IMG/VR virus record: IMGVR_UViG_3300035204_001874
Location: 1 to 64,000 of that record
Reading direction: 5' to 3' (one strand)
DNA from: a virus
Length of the DNA stretch: 64,000 nucleotides
The notes beneath the pieces are model-generated. The model was not told the DNA's origin, ran no database searches, and saw nothing but the letters and a program-made list of their open reading frames with translations. The translations under genes were made by a program, and so were the position numbers. Shown here in pieces: positions 8,979 through 18,230 of the stretch; the stretch's first letter is position 1; every line of letters begins with the position of its first letter.

Positions 8979-10097
8979 CCGTTTTTTCCAAATCCACATT
9001 GGTTCGGCAAATTTTCCAGTTTTCCCTTTGAGCGCACCACTGTTGGGTCTGGTTCTCATTTGGTATCCGTAGCACCCAACATATTCCGCACCTTTCAAAG
9101 ATTTAATATAATCATTCATTGGGTCACAAATTTTATTAATTGTGTGGTTTGAATATACATCACTCACATTGATAACGAGGCAACCATCTGGTCTAAGATG
9201 CTTCCACGACAAGTCTATTGCTTTAAAGAGGAAAGACTCCAACCAGTTTTCTATTTTTCTGTATTTTTTAAATGATTGGTTGTCTTCTTGGGTATACCTC
9301 TCAATATTAAAGTAGGGTGGAGAAGTAAAAACTAAATCAAACTTTCTCCTGCCAAGGGTGGTATTCTCTGCACATTTATTTATAAGTTTAATCTTTTTAT
9401 TACCAGCACCTAAGTCCTCAATCATTTTATCGTACTGAGGGAATAGTCTTTCATTAGGATCAATACCCACATAAGACCTTGCGTTACTAGCTAAAAAACC
9501 GCAAAGGCGATCCCCCCAACCAGAACTGAAATCTAAAACGTCCTTAGCTCCGAAGTGGTCGTAAATTGCTTTTGCTGTAGAAGGTCTAAATTGGCTGGCT
9601 ATATATTTTCTTAACCCTATGCAGGTGCGTAAGACTTTAGAGTTTACCTCTGTACATTTAAGAGTCCACAGCGCGTTAAGAAGGGTCAACTTAAACCTTT
9701 CGGTTGTCCACGTCCGATAGGGGCTTGGAGCATTGATGCTATCACATAACCAACGATTAGATTGCTGATAATAATCTGAAGCTTTGTTTCCCACGGTTGA
9801 ACAACCAAAAAGAATATCGCCCAAGGGATACTTATAGTCGTATCGAGTAAACCAAGATTCATTTGTTACAACTTCAGAAGTATTTAAGGATAAAAGCTTT
9901 CGGAACCCTTCGAGAGCGTCCCTCTTTTTTATCTTCCTCATGGGGAGAGGGAGATCATTTTCTTCAATAGCGTCAGAAATTATTTTTTTAATCTCTTCTT
10001 TGCTATGGGACTTATTGAGCCTCCTCCACTTGGTAGGGGAAATCTTTATTTCGTTACCCCTTACTACTTTCATTTGCTGAGTAACGCTAGATAACAT
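8955..10097 (-). CDS. Amino (m4C/m6A) DNA methyltransferase
   Basis: LDFSSGWGDRL (SAM-binding) and DLVFTSPPYF (catalytic). Confidence 0.85.
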   Translation of the reverse strand: MLSSVTQQMKVVRGNEIKISPTKWRRLNKSHSKEEIKKIISDAIEENDLPLPMRKIKKRDALEGFRKLLSLNTSEVVTNESWFTRYDYKYPLGDILFGCSTVGNKASDYYQQSNRWLCDSINAPSPYRTWTTERFKLTLLNALWTLKCTEVNSKVLRTCIGLRKYIASQFRPSTAKAIYDHFGAKDVLDFSSGWGDRLCGFLASNARSYVGIDPNERLFPQYDKMIEDLGAGNKKIKLINKCAENTTLGRRKFDLVFTSPPYFNIERYTQEDNQSFKKYRKIENWLESFLFKAIDLSWKHLRPDGCLVINVSDVYSNHTINKICDPMNDYIKSLKGAEYVGCYGYQMRTRPNSGALKGKTGKFAEPMWIWKKRNFSPNSK

Positions 10098-10365
10098 TAA
10101 ATAATTTTAATAAAATTATGATCTGAAGGACCAACGTGCAGAACCCCAAAAGGGTGCGTAAGAACTCCATTAGGTGATTGTACCTATCTAACTTCCACTC
10201 TGTTTTTCTTACCCAATCTGGGGTATTTTTGTACTTACCCTCTCCAATTTCGAGTTTTTCGAGCTTTTCGAGAAGTTTTGCTCTTTTTTTCTCTGAATTT
10301 TTCTCTTTTTTGTAAGGTATCCCCGCCATAGAAAAAACTATAACACCTTTATTATTACTTGTCAA
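10087..10365 (-). CDS. Hypothetical protein with a C-terminal TM helix
   Basis: Hydrophobic C-terminus. Confidence 0.55.
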   Translation of the reverse strand: MTSNNKGVIVFSMAGIPYKKEKNSEKKRAKLLEKLEKLEIGEGKYKNTPDWVRKTEWKLDRYNHLMEFLRTLLGFCTLVLQIIILLKLFNVI

Positions 10366-10627
10366 GCCAATTAAAATAGCCGTAAATATTTAAAATTACC
10401 AAGGCGAAAGACATGGCCGCTGTAGGGTACGCCTCTTTATTGAAGCAATAAATTCCTATAAGAGTATTGCCCACTATCCAAACAAGCCAAGACTGTATAA
10501 ACTCATTAGCATTAAGATAATACCCCAGAAGAACGAGCAATGCGCCCATCCACCCTAATACGTGAGTCTCGTAGTATTTTTTCAAACAGTCGTAACTCCC
10601 CGCTTTGCGACGACTTGAGAAGCGCAT
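10355..10627 (-). CDS. Small PnuC-like three-TM membrane protein
   Basis: GWMGALLVLLGY..WLVWIVGN..NIYGYFNW pattern; start uncertain. Confidence 0.55.
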   Translation of the reverse strand: MRFSSRRKAGSYDCLKKYYETHVLGWMGALLVLLGYYLNANEFIQSWLVWIVGNTLIGIYCFNKEAYPTAAMSFALVILNIYGYFNWLDK

Positions 10628-11334
10628 TTGTTTGCAAAATCTAAAGCTCTAGACGCACTTTTGCATGACATCATGTTCACGGCAAATGCTGCCAAAAAAG
10701 TATCTCCCGCCCCAGATAAGTCCTGAACTTCCCTAGCTTTAAATGATGGGTGTAGTTCTTTCCTGTACCGACAGCCCTTTTCTCCTTGGGTCACTATCAA
10801 CTTGTCCACCCAAACGTTATCGAGTTCCTCGTTGTCTTTTTTGTAGTGCTCTTTACTTTTCTCATACTCCTGCTGATTTATCACGAAAAACCTCATGTCG
10901 CGCCCCAAAGGCAAAATGAAATTTTTCTTACTATGAACAAAAACATTTGGGTGATTCTTGCAAATCCAAGCGATATCTAGGTTAGTAAGAAAGCCTTTAT
11001 TATAGTCTGAGATTATTACTGCGTCGTAAAGCGATAAGTTAGCCTTCTCTTTACTGAATTTCTCCACGGTCTGGTCATTTTCGTCAACCCTAAGAAGCAT
11101 TTGGTTGGTTTTCAAATCAACGTATCTTGATTTTGTGATATGATTTCGATTAGTAACAATGTCGCACTCCACACCAAGAGCGAGGACATTAGCTTGTACG
11201 TTTTTAGCCATGCCTCCATTTGAAGTCTCCTCTACTGGATTAAAGACAGGAACAGGAGCTTCGGGGCAAATTCTTTCGCACTCACCGTAATTGAATACGT
11301 CCGTGCAGCTATCGCCTATTACTAAAAATTTCAT
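10582..11334 (-). CDS. Heptose-7-phosphate kinase (RfaE/HldE domain I, PfkB family)
   Basis: VIGDSCTD, RICPEAPVPV, IISDYNKG, DLSGAGDTF. Confidence 0.88.
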   Translation of the reverse strand: MKFLVIGDSCTDVFNYGECERICPEAPVPVFNPVEETSNGGMAKNVQANVLALGVECDIVTNRNHITKSRYVDLKTNQMLLRVDENDQTVEKFSKEKANLSLYDAVIISDYNKGFLTNLDIAWICKNHPNVFVHSKKNFILPLGRDMRFFVINQQEYEKSKEHYKKDNEELDNVWVDKLIVTQGEKGCRYRKELHPSFKAREVQDLSGAGDTFLAAFAVNMMSCKSASRALDFANKCASQVVAKRGVTTV

Positions 11335-11335
11335 A

Positions 11336-11830
11336 TTAATTTTGTCCCTTTCTCCGTATCCTTTTCAACCTCTCCATAGAAAACATATCCTCATGTTTCA
11401 AGCACAGCCTATTTCCGTAACCAAAGTCCATCTTAAAGTTCTTCTCGACAAAGTTCGGCTTGGTTGTCCATCCAACTAAGTTAACGCTTTCCCTGTTTTT
11501 TATAGGGTTAACCAACACGGCAACATCGCACTTGAAATGGCCTAGACTGTTAAAAGCTAAATAAAGTTGAAGATTTTTCACCTCCAAAGGAATATCGTTA
11601 TACTCTACATCCCACCCCTTATCTTTACCAGCCCAGAGCTCTCTATCAAAATCACAGTCTAAAAATTTAGAAACAGCGTAAGCCCCCTTGATCCCTTTAT
11701 AGTTCCTCTCTTCAAATCCTATTCCATCCCAAGTGTTGTCAGTAAGTTCTTTCGTTTTATTTTCTCTTATTTTGCGAGCCAATTCTCTACACGCCCAGAG
11801 CTCCAGTCCGGTAAAATTTACTTCAATCAT
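11336..11830 (-). CDS. PD-(D/E)XK-like nuclease-fold protein (related to 5973..6503)
   Basis: GIKGAYAV...DKGWDV...LEVKN...LVGW. Confidence 0.5.
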   Translation of the reverse strand: MIEVNFTGLELWACRELARKIRENKTKELTDNTWDGIGFEERNYKGIKGAYAVSKFLDCDFDRELWAGKDKGWDVEYNDIPLEVKNLQLYLAFNSLGHFKCDVAVLVNPIKNRESVNLVGWTTKPNFVEKNFKMDFGYGNRLCLKHEDMFSMERLKRIRRKGQN

Positions 11831-12444
11831 ATTAGCCTTTGGCTTTCTCTGTCTTTAAAAAGCTTTTTCTCTGTGCAATAGTAGCACCTCAGTAGATTAC
11901 TGTCTATCCCTAGCAAACGCCTTATTTCTGTCAACTCTAAGTCGCGATCCAGTAACGCTTTAAAATCTACTTTAGTAAGGTCCGCTTCGCATCTGCTACC
12001 TGCCATTACGCCATTATAAAAAACAAACCTTTCTTCTTCTCCAAAGCGGTACCCCTCTGGGTAAAGGTTCTTGCAAATCCACATAAATAAATTTCTACGC
12101 CACCTTTTCATTTTTTTAGCTGACCCCATCGTATACCCAATGACAAAAGCCTCATCCTTAACCAGCAAACCCCTCCCCAAAACTATATGTATACAATCGT
12201 GAGCAAATAAATCTACCGCTCCAGTAAACAACCTAGACGTGAAGTATTTAGGGTTTTCAGTCAATTTAATTATTAGTGGAACATCCTCTTGGGCTAATGC
12301 GAAAAACTTCATGCTTCCTTTCGCTTCACTCAATGTGATTGTTCTGCCTAGTCGAATATGCCACTTCTCAGACCTTTCTTGAGCTATCTGTTTTTGATAG
12401 TCTTCTTCGGCTTTAGCGTACGCCTTGTGATGTCGAGGGGTCAT
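11827..12444 (-). CDS. Coq4-like HDxxH-x11-E metalloprotein
   Basis: HDCIH-IVLGRGLLVKD-E. Confidence 0.5.
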   Translation of the reverse strand: MTPRHHKAYAKAEEDYQKQIAQERSEKWHIRLGRTITLSEAKGSMKFFALAQEDVPLIIKLTENPKYFTSRLFTGAVDLFAHDCIHIVLGRGLLVKDEAFVIGYTMGSAKKMKRWRRNLFMWICKNLYPEGYRFGEEERFVFYNGVMAGSRCEADLTKVDFKALLDRDLELTEIRRLLGIDSNLLRCYYCTEKKLFKDRESQRLI

Positions 12445-13187
12445 TATTCGTGCGCTGATTCATTTGGTTTTCGATGAAAACTTTGAAAATCTTGCCAGCC
12501 CATTTCTTCTATCTCCTCTTTTGTCCACTCGTGAAGCTTCCAGCCTAAAGCCTCGCTTGTGTTTGGAAAATGATTAATAAATATATTTTTTATAGCGTTA
12601 GCTATGTCCCTGTGCTCCTTTTGTGTGTTCTCTTCTGTTCTTAAGTTGATATAGTGAATCCAACTACGAACTGTACCATTCATGTACATGGTCGTCTCTG
12701 TATTAAGGGGTAATATAGCTCTCGCACACTCTTTAGCTACCCCAAGCTCAAGCAAGTGTTTGTAAGAGGCCATAGCTAACTCCATGGAACTCTTTGCAAT
12801 CTTGTAGGCTTCGTGTTCCTTGTTTAATGTTTCGCTACTGCTTTGCCTATTCTTCTCCGCTGGGGAACGAAGCTCTAACCCCTCGACCTCTAAAGCTTGA
12901 CTGTATCTCTGGCTAAACTCTTGAAAACTAAAACTTCTATGACGTAATATTTGCGCTGCAATTCCTCTGCTTGTTTTTATTTCTACACACATATTCGCAA
13001 GCTCAAACGGTGACCAATGCTTGTGTTTGATAAGAAACTTAATTAATTTTGGCGCAGTCTTTGTGTTCGCTTGGTTCTTGGGGTTAGAAACTCTCGCACA
13101 ATAAGTAATTATTTCCTCTGCGCTCATAGAAGCGCGATCCGGTGTACTTATTTGTGGTTGGGTGAGTGATATTAACTTTACGTTCAT
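12444..13187 (-). CDS. thyX: Flavin-dependent thymidylate synthase
   Basis: HWSPFE, QILRHRSFSFQEFSQRY, KECARAILP, TQKEHR. Confidence 0.96.
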   Translation of the reverse strand: MNVKLISLTQPQISTPDRASMSAEEIITYCARVSNPKNQANTKTAPKLIKFLIKHKHWSPFELANMCVEIKTSRGIAAQILRHRSFSFQEFSQRYSQALEVEGLELRSPAEKNRQSSSETLNKEHEAYKIAKSSMELAMASYKHLLELGVAKECARAILPLNTETTMYMNGTVRSWIHYINLRTEENTQKEHRDIANAIKNIFINHFPNTSEALGWKLHEWTKEEIEEMGWQDFQSFHRKPNESAHE

Positions 13188-13576
13188 ATATGAACCCTGT
13201 AACTATCATTATCCCTATGAAAAGTGCTTACCTCAATCATTACTACGTCTCCGTCTGCCCCACTTAAGCGGTGAGGTTGACCTTGGGGAATCTCCAAAGT
13301 CTCCCCCTCTCTTACGTAAAGAACCTCTTCTTCGCCAGAAGCCGTATCAATCAAATGAACTATGAGCTTCCCTTCTAAAACGTAAAAGGTTTCGTGCTTA
13401 TCCAAATGATAATGCATCGAGCTACAGTTACCCTTTGATATCTTTAATATCTTTCCACAATAATCATGAATGTGGGTGTTAGCGAACCAAGTCTCTGATC
13501 CCCACCTCTTTTCTACAAACTTGGGGGCTTTAACTTCTGGAATCGATTTTTGCGAGTAGAATCCTTTACGTTTCAT
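13184..13576 (-). CDS. Cupin (mannose-6-phosphate isomerase-like)
   Basis: KRWGSE, SMHYHLDKHETFYVLEG, PHRL, IEVST. Confidence 0.8.
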   Translation of the reverse strand: MKRKGFYSQKSIPEVKAPKFVEKRWGSETWFANTHIHDYCGKILKISKGNCSSMHYHLDKHETFYVLEGKLIVHLIDTASGEEEVLYVREGETLEIPQGQPHRLSGADGDVVMIEVSTFHRDNDSYRVHI

Positions 13577-13929
13577 ATTGCCTTCGCGTGTCCTTCCTTA
13601 ACCATCATTTCGTTTATGGATTTACCGTGATATTTAGAGCTTTTGATATATTTTGCTGTGATGTGGATTTCACCCAAGCATCTTCCATACTTCCCAACGC
13701 CATGGGAAATTAAACTAAACTTATCTTCATCCTCAAGGATTTCTTTCAATCGAGCTTTTGCCGCAAGACCCTTTTTCTTTTCTTCTTTGTTTCTGGTCCT
13801 AGTTTCGTAAGCATCGATGCCGACTAACCTAACACGCCTTTTAATCCAAACATTAAAGCCAAGGTCAACAAAAACATCCAAAGTATCCCCATCAACTACC
13901 CGAACTAATTTTGCTTTGTAGGTGTACAC
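13573..13929 (-). CDS. Thermonuclease (SNase) family protein
   Basis: VVDGDT, VRLVGIDAYE, GKYGRCL, MVKEGHA. Confidence 0.9.
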   Translation of the reverse strand: MYTYKAKLVRVVDGDTLDVFVDLGFNVWIKRRVRLVGIDAYETRTRNKEEKKKGLAAKARLKEILEDEDKFSLISHGVGKYGRCLGEIHITAKYIKSSKYHGKSINEMMVKEGHAKAI

Positions 13930-14255
13930 CTTCTTTTAATCCCAAAATATTTTCTCATATCGGTTATTTGTCTTGGGGTTTTGTTTGGCAAAAATCTTTT
14001 ACGCATCTCTCTGTGGCTGTAGTTAGCTCCATGCTCTAACAGTAGCCCCCTTTCTTCTTCACTCCATATCCTTCTGCCCTTTAGGCCCAAGTGCATTTTC
14101 TTTTGAAGAACTTGATTCACCGTTTTGTCAGGAAAAAATTTTTCCTTAAGCTCACGCTGGTCATAAGATTTCCAATGTTCCCTAAGGAGCTCGACCTCTT
14201 CCTCTGTCCAAATTCGTTTAAAACAGGTTGATCTGATATTTTTGTAATTAGGCAT
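13905..14255 (-). CDS. Myb/SANT-like tandem-repeat DNA-binding protein
   Basis: Two repeats: RIWTEEEVELL...FPDKT and RIWSEEERGLL...LPNKT. Confidence 0.65.
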   Translation of the reverse strand: MPNYKNIRSTCFKRIWTEEEVELLREHWKSYDQRELKEKFFPDKTVNQVLQKKMHLGLKGRRIWSEEERGLLLEHGANYSHREMRKRFLPNKTPRQITDMRKYFGIKRRCTPTKQN

Positions 14256-14772
14256 ACTCTATCTTGTTTGAATTCATATTAAATCCATCAGCTTCCCAAT
14301 GTATCTGGGTACCCGTATCTCCGTTAAACCAATAATGAGCGACGTGCATTTCAACTCCACCTTCGCCTTCATCGTAACGGCCTTCATAATAAATATCATA
14401 AATCGAATCTATGAGGTTGACATCATCTTTGGTTCTAACGTGCATATCTACAAAATCTGTGGCGTCTTGAAAATTCATAAAATGCAAAACTCCGCCATCC
14501 ATCCAGCCAGCATAAGGCCACCCTTGATCCTCCTCAAAGGTCATGTACTCTCTTTGGTAAGAGAAACTTCCCTTGATGTTCTTGGTAAATGTCCATTCGC
14601 CCTGCTGCCTTTCAAAACAGTAGACTCGATAAGGCCAGCTACAGTGCCCCAAAGGTCTCTCCTTTGATTCTTTTTTTGGGCCTTTTTCGTCGTCTTCGTA
14701 TTTGCAGGTTATTGCAATCGCTGGTAAAGCTACCGCTGGAACCGACGCTTTAATAAAATCTCTTCTGTTCAT
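14248..14772 (-). CDS. Protein with a twin-arginine (Tat) signal
   Basis: MNRRDFIKASVPAVALPAIAITC. Confidence 0.6.
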   Translation of the reverse strand: MNRRDFIKASVPAVALPAIAITCKYEDDEKGPKKESKERPLGHCSWPYRVYCFERQQGEWTFTKNIKGSFSYQREYMTFEEDQGWPYAGWMDGGVLHFMNFQDATDFVDMHVRTKDDVNLIDSIYDIYYEGRYDEGEGGVEMHVAHYWFNGDTGTQIHWEADGFNMNSNKIEYA

Positions 14773-14774
14773 AT

Positions 14775-15089
14775 TTATTTGTAGACCTTATAAAATTTAC
14801 GTTTAGGAGCAGACTTTTGTTTCCTTATGGAGTGTCCCTTATCTAAAGAACCGTCTTCTCGATCTTTTAGCAACTTAAGAATAAATTTATTAATACCTTT
14901 CTCCGTCACTCTTTTTCTGCCCGTTTGCATCTTGTAGTATAAAATAAAATCTTCATCATACTCAAAAGAGTAGGTTGTCGTGCCGTCTTCATTCTCTTTC
15001 GCGTCCGCTATTTTAAAGGTTCCAGCGTGTATCTTCTTCTTAAGCCCCCCCGACTCATCGAACATACTTTTCTTTTTTTTCTTCTTCAT
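14775..15089 (-). CDS. Basic hypothetical protein
   Basis: Lys-rich ORF in the operon. Confidence 0.55.
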   Translation of the reverse strand: MKKKKKKSMFDESGGLKKKIHAGTFKIADAKENEDGTTTYSFEYDEDFILYYKMQTGRKRVTEKGINKFILKLLKDREDGSLDKGHSIRKQKSAPKRKFYKVYK

Positions 15090-15361
15090 TTGTACTTTTT
15101 CGTAAATTTACCACTTTTACTTTTCTTTTTCCTCTTCTTGCCCCAGTCTATTAGGGAGTAGTTTTTGTGCCACGCTTCGGAAGAATTGTTGCGAGGAGCA
15201 TCCCCTTTACCTCCGCTTTCTCTTCTGTCATGTTCTTTTTTGAGACTTTTTTGCCCCTGATTTCTATCGTCCTTCATCTCGAACAGCCTCTTGCCGCTTG
15301 GCTTGCCTCCTCGAATTGACGATAAGTCCCTCTTTCGTTGCTCTTTCCATCCCTTTTTCAT
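15086..15361 (-). CDS. Basic hypothetical phage protein
   Basis: GKGDAPR...NYSLIDW motif; Lys-rich. Confidence 0.6.
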   Translation of the reverse strand: MKKGWKEQRKRDLSSIRGGKPSGKRLFEMKDDRNQGQKSLKKEHDRRESGGKGDAPRNNSSEAWHKNYSLIDWGKKRKKKSKSGKFTKKYK

Positions 15362-15403
15362 ATATCGTCCACTATGTGTTCCCCGATGCGTCGGGGAAAA
15401 ATT
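15361..15403 (-). promoter_or_regulatory. Bipartite motif, copy 2
   Basis: Matches 8936-8978 in both blocks and the 17-nt spacing; abuts the ATG. Confidence 0.6.
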
Positions 15404-15476
15404 TCATTTTTTTTACTTTATCAACCACCAGAGTATTATATTTTTTTTACGAAAAATAGTCAAGTATTTTTACTGC

Positions 15477-15665
15477 TTATTCGTCTTTTCTAAGCTTTTT
15501 GTACGCATCATCTCTTTCTACTACCCCCTCAAGCTCGTCAAGACAAGTCATCATAATAACTATAACATTCAAAGCTGCCTCCTCATTTTTGGGATCATAA
15601 AAATCGTACTCAAGACCCTCTATGGTTGCGGCGACTTCGTCTAGGTTGTGTTTAAACTGTTTCAC
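15477..15665 (-). CDS. Hypothetical protein
   Basis: ORF with a G-rich SD. Confidence 0.5.
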   Translation of the reverse strand: MKQFKHNLDEVAATIEGLEYDFYDPKNEEAALNVIVIMMTCLDELEGVVERDDAYKKLRKDE

Positions 15666-15677
15666 TCCCCCCCTTTT

Positions 15678-16340
15678 TTAATTTATCCATCTGTCAACCT
15701 TCCAAGTTAACTGCACAAGCTTCCCCAAAACCCAGCGAATAAGAAAATTAATAAACATAACCACTTTTCGTAAAACATTAGTTAAAGGAAACCACCACTT
15801 ATTCTTTTTTTTCTCCAAGTTCGAAACGTAATTGTTTAATTTTTTTTGAGCCTTCTTCCTCACGCTGCTGTCCTCTTCCTCAACGTTCTCTAAATTGAGT
15901 TCCTTCAGGTCGCCCTTCCAAAAAAGAGCCTTATACTCCATAAAGTAATCAATTTTTTCGCCTAAGTATAGACTTGAGAAGGTAACCTCTCCGGTATAAT
16001 CTTCTTTGGTTAGGTCTTTTTTTATCTCTCGTAATTCTAGCTGGTTATCTTTCCCGTTTTTTTCTACACGCCTCTCAATTTCCCATTTGTATAACTGTCC
16101 ATCTTCAGTAATTTCGTATTCATCCATACATGAGGGGGGAAACGAACAAGTTTGGAACTCTAACTTTTCGATATCAAAGCCCTCATCTTCCTTCAGGGCT
16201 TCAGGAATAACTAAGGGGTATTCGCATTTTAAATAATCAAACATCTGACTTTTCAATTGCGCTAGATAGCGGAACAGGCTCAACGATGGAGTTTGTCTGA
16301 GTCCAAGCGTACTTAGTAAGCCAAGACTCATCTCCGCCAT
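15678..16340 (-). CDS. Hypothetical phage protein
   Basis: Likely start MFDYLKCEYPL; EFQT and YEITEDGQLY motifs. Confidence 0.6.
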   Translation of the reverse strand: MAEMSLGLLSTLGLRQTPSLSLFRYLAQLKSQMFDYLKCEYPLVIPEALKEDEGFDIEKLEFQTCSFPPSCMDEYEITEDGQLYKWEIERRVEKNGKDNQLELREIKKDLTKEDYTGEVTFSSLYLGEKIDYFMEYKALFWKGDLKELNLENVEEEDSSVRKKAQKKLNNYVSNLEKKKNKWWFPLTNVLRKVVMFINFLIRWVLGKLVQLTWKVDRWIN

Positions 16341-16572
16341 CTATACACTCAATTATCTTGTGTATCCTATCGCAAGACTCGATACCAAACCAATTCGCTT
16401 CTCCGTATATATCCTCTTCCCAAATTTTACGCTCTTTGTAAGTTAATTTTATTTTGTTATCGTTTATTTTTCCCAATAAATTTTTACCCTTGATTTCGAT
16501 AGAGAAAGAAAGCTCACCCTCAAGATAGCGAGCGATAAAGTCTAATTCGTGAACTGCTCCAACGGTAATCAT
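16237..16572 (-). CDS. Hypothetical protein
   Basis: ORF track. Confidence 0.55.
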   Translation of the reverse strand: MITVGAVHELDFIARYLEGELSFSIEIKGKNLLGKINDNKIKLTYKERKIWEEDIYGEANWFGIESCDRIHKIIECIDGGDESWLTKYAWTQTNSIVEPVPLSSAIEKSDV

Positions 16573-16900
16573 TTATTCCCCTTTTTTTAGTAATTCATCT
16601 AGTAAGCTTAGGTGAAAAACCAACCAACTTTCCCCAACAGACTTCTCTGCTCGATGGTTTTTTACAGCCTTATCCCCATCTTTCTCGTCTACCACCTTTG
16701 CAAATTCAATGATTTGACCCAGAAGTTTTTCTGATTTTTTTTTCATTTTTCTCTTATGAAAAATTTTTCCTTATAAACCTTCTCAAGTTTTTTTATGTAT
16801 TTTTCAGCCTCCTCAAAGCCTCTCTTGGTGAAAGGGAATATTCCATATCTATATTTCCTTTTGTCGGACAAAATTTCATAGTATTTTTCTTTGTTTTTCA

Positions 16901-17188
16901 TTAAAACCTTATGGCTATTTCGTCTTTTTCTGTATTGATTTTTAGTATGACCTTGTTTACTTCAAGCCCTTCCTTAAGTTTTCCAGCAAGCCTATATAAG
17001 CATTGGTGACAAACAATGCGCTTAGGAAGCTCTTTTAGCCTAAAATAACTAAGCTTTTCTACTTCGTACAAAATTCCGTAGTGCTTTCGCGTGTAAGTCA
17101 TCGCGCACTCCTCGCACTTAAGCTTCCTCTTTCTAGTTATGCGTGGCTCAATTATATCCAACTCAATAACTGGAATTTTTTTTGCCAT
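16901..17188 (-). CDS. Hypothetical Zn-binding protein
   Basis: CEEC...CHQC. Confidence 0.55.
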   Translation of the reverse strand: MAKKIPVIELDIIEPRITRKRKLKCEECAMTYTRKHYGILYEVEKLSYFRLKELPKRIVCHQCLYRLAGKLKEGLEVNKVILKINTEKDEIAIRF

Positions 17189-17224
17189 TATTTATTTTAG
17201 TTTTAAAAATTAAAAAAATCAAAA

Positions 17225-17413
17225 TTAAATACTTTTATCTTCTGGATCATCAAGTATTTCCAAGAATACCTGTTCACTTAATAAAAAACCCTCAGATTTT
17301 AAATACTTAAGCAGGACAATAGCTTCAGGTTTAGTTAGGTCTCCGTCCTTATCGTAGATGGTAACTTTATCTCGAAGTACGTCTATGTGCAGACCTTTCA
17401 AGAAGACTTTCAT
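17225..17413 (-). CDS. Hypothetical protein (paralog of 24170..24397)
   Basis: IYDKDGDL...YLKSEGFL versus IHDKDGSL...YLYEEGFI. Confidence 0.65.
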   Translation of the reverse strand: MKVFLKGLHIDVLRDKVTIYDKDGDLTKPEAIVLLKYLKSEGFLLSEQVFLEILDDPEDKSI

Positions 17414-17508
17414 GTTAATAATTACACTTTTTTCGTTGACATAAAAAAAGGTTTGACTATTATCCTTCTACGCTGAGACAAAGAACCAGCGAAAGTATAC
17501 ATAATAAC

Positions 17509-17709
17509 ATGAAAAAACTAGCAGCTATAGCAGCAGTGACGCTCTTAGGAGCAGGTTGTACGAGTACCGTAACTCTAGGCCCAAAAGCTAATGAGTCCAC
17601 AATTGTGGGAGCTTCAGCGAGCACAGAAGAAGCGAGCGTAACAGTGCCCTTCATTAAAGCTCAAGTAGGTACCGCCACAACCGCACAAACGACTACTAAG
17701 AAAAAATAA
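17509..17709 (+). CDS. Small lipoprotein
   Basis: MKKLAAIAAVTLLGAGC signal ending in a lipobox-like Cys; followed by a terminator. Confidence 0.75.
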   Translation: MKKLAAIAAVTLLGAGCTSTVTLGPKANESTIVGASASTEEASVTVPFIKAQVGTATTAQTTTKKK

Positions 17710-17746
17710 ATTAATTTTAATTAATTTTAATTAGTCGTACACTCAC

Positions 17747-17774
17747 GACCCCGTCTTTTCGGACGGGGTTTTTT
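17747..17774 (+). terminator. Intrinsic terminator
   Basis: GACCCCGTC...GACGGGGTT followed by a T-run. Confidence 0.85.
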
Positions 17775-17800
17775 CCTTTTTAGGTGTAATTATAAATACG

Positions 17801-18229
17801 ATGAAATCCCGATGGATCAAGCTAAAAAACGCCTCACAAAAACTGTTTAGCACCCTAAAAAGACATCAAATAACTATTTATTACACGCTTCTTGCGTTAT
17901 TGCTATCGTTTAGCTTTATCGTCATTCAAGACATAAGACATACGAAGGAAATACTAAAGCTTCAAAATGAAAAGGCAGCTTTACTGTTTGAACTCGAAGA
18001 CGTTAGCGAGCTTGCTTTTGACCAACTCGAAGTCATGAAGAATCAAGTGCTACTTGTTAATAAATATGAAATTACTATTGAGGCAGCTAAAGAAGCTTTA
18101 GGAGACCAGAGTAGGCTGATTAATGATTTAGTAAATTATCTAAAAGGTATAGGTCACTGGCCACCCAAAAAACCCAGGCCACCAGAGGTAGATAAGGGGA
18201 AGTGGGCAATTTCAAAGGGGGAAATTTAA
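17801..18229 (+). CDS. TM plus coiled-coil protein
   Basis: One TM helix followed by a long heptad helix; GTGTAAT motif upstream. Confidence 0.65.
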   Translation: MKSRWIKLKNASQKLFSTLKRHQITIYYTLLALLLSFSFIVIQDIRHTKEILKLQNEKAALLFELEDVSELAFDQLEVMKNQVLLVNKYEITIEAAKEALGDQSRLINDLVNYLKGIGHWPPKKPRPPEVDKGKWAISKGEI

Positions 18230-18230
18230 A

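Noticed and set aside
17709-17733. AT-rich repeat (TTAATTTTAA)n as a replication origin
   Set aside because: Short, in the 3' UTR before a terminator, with no iterons or initiator gene nearby.
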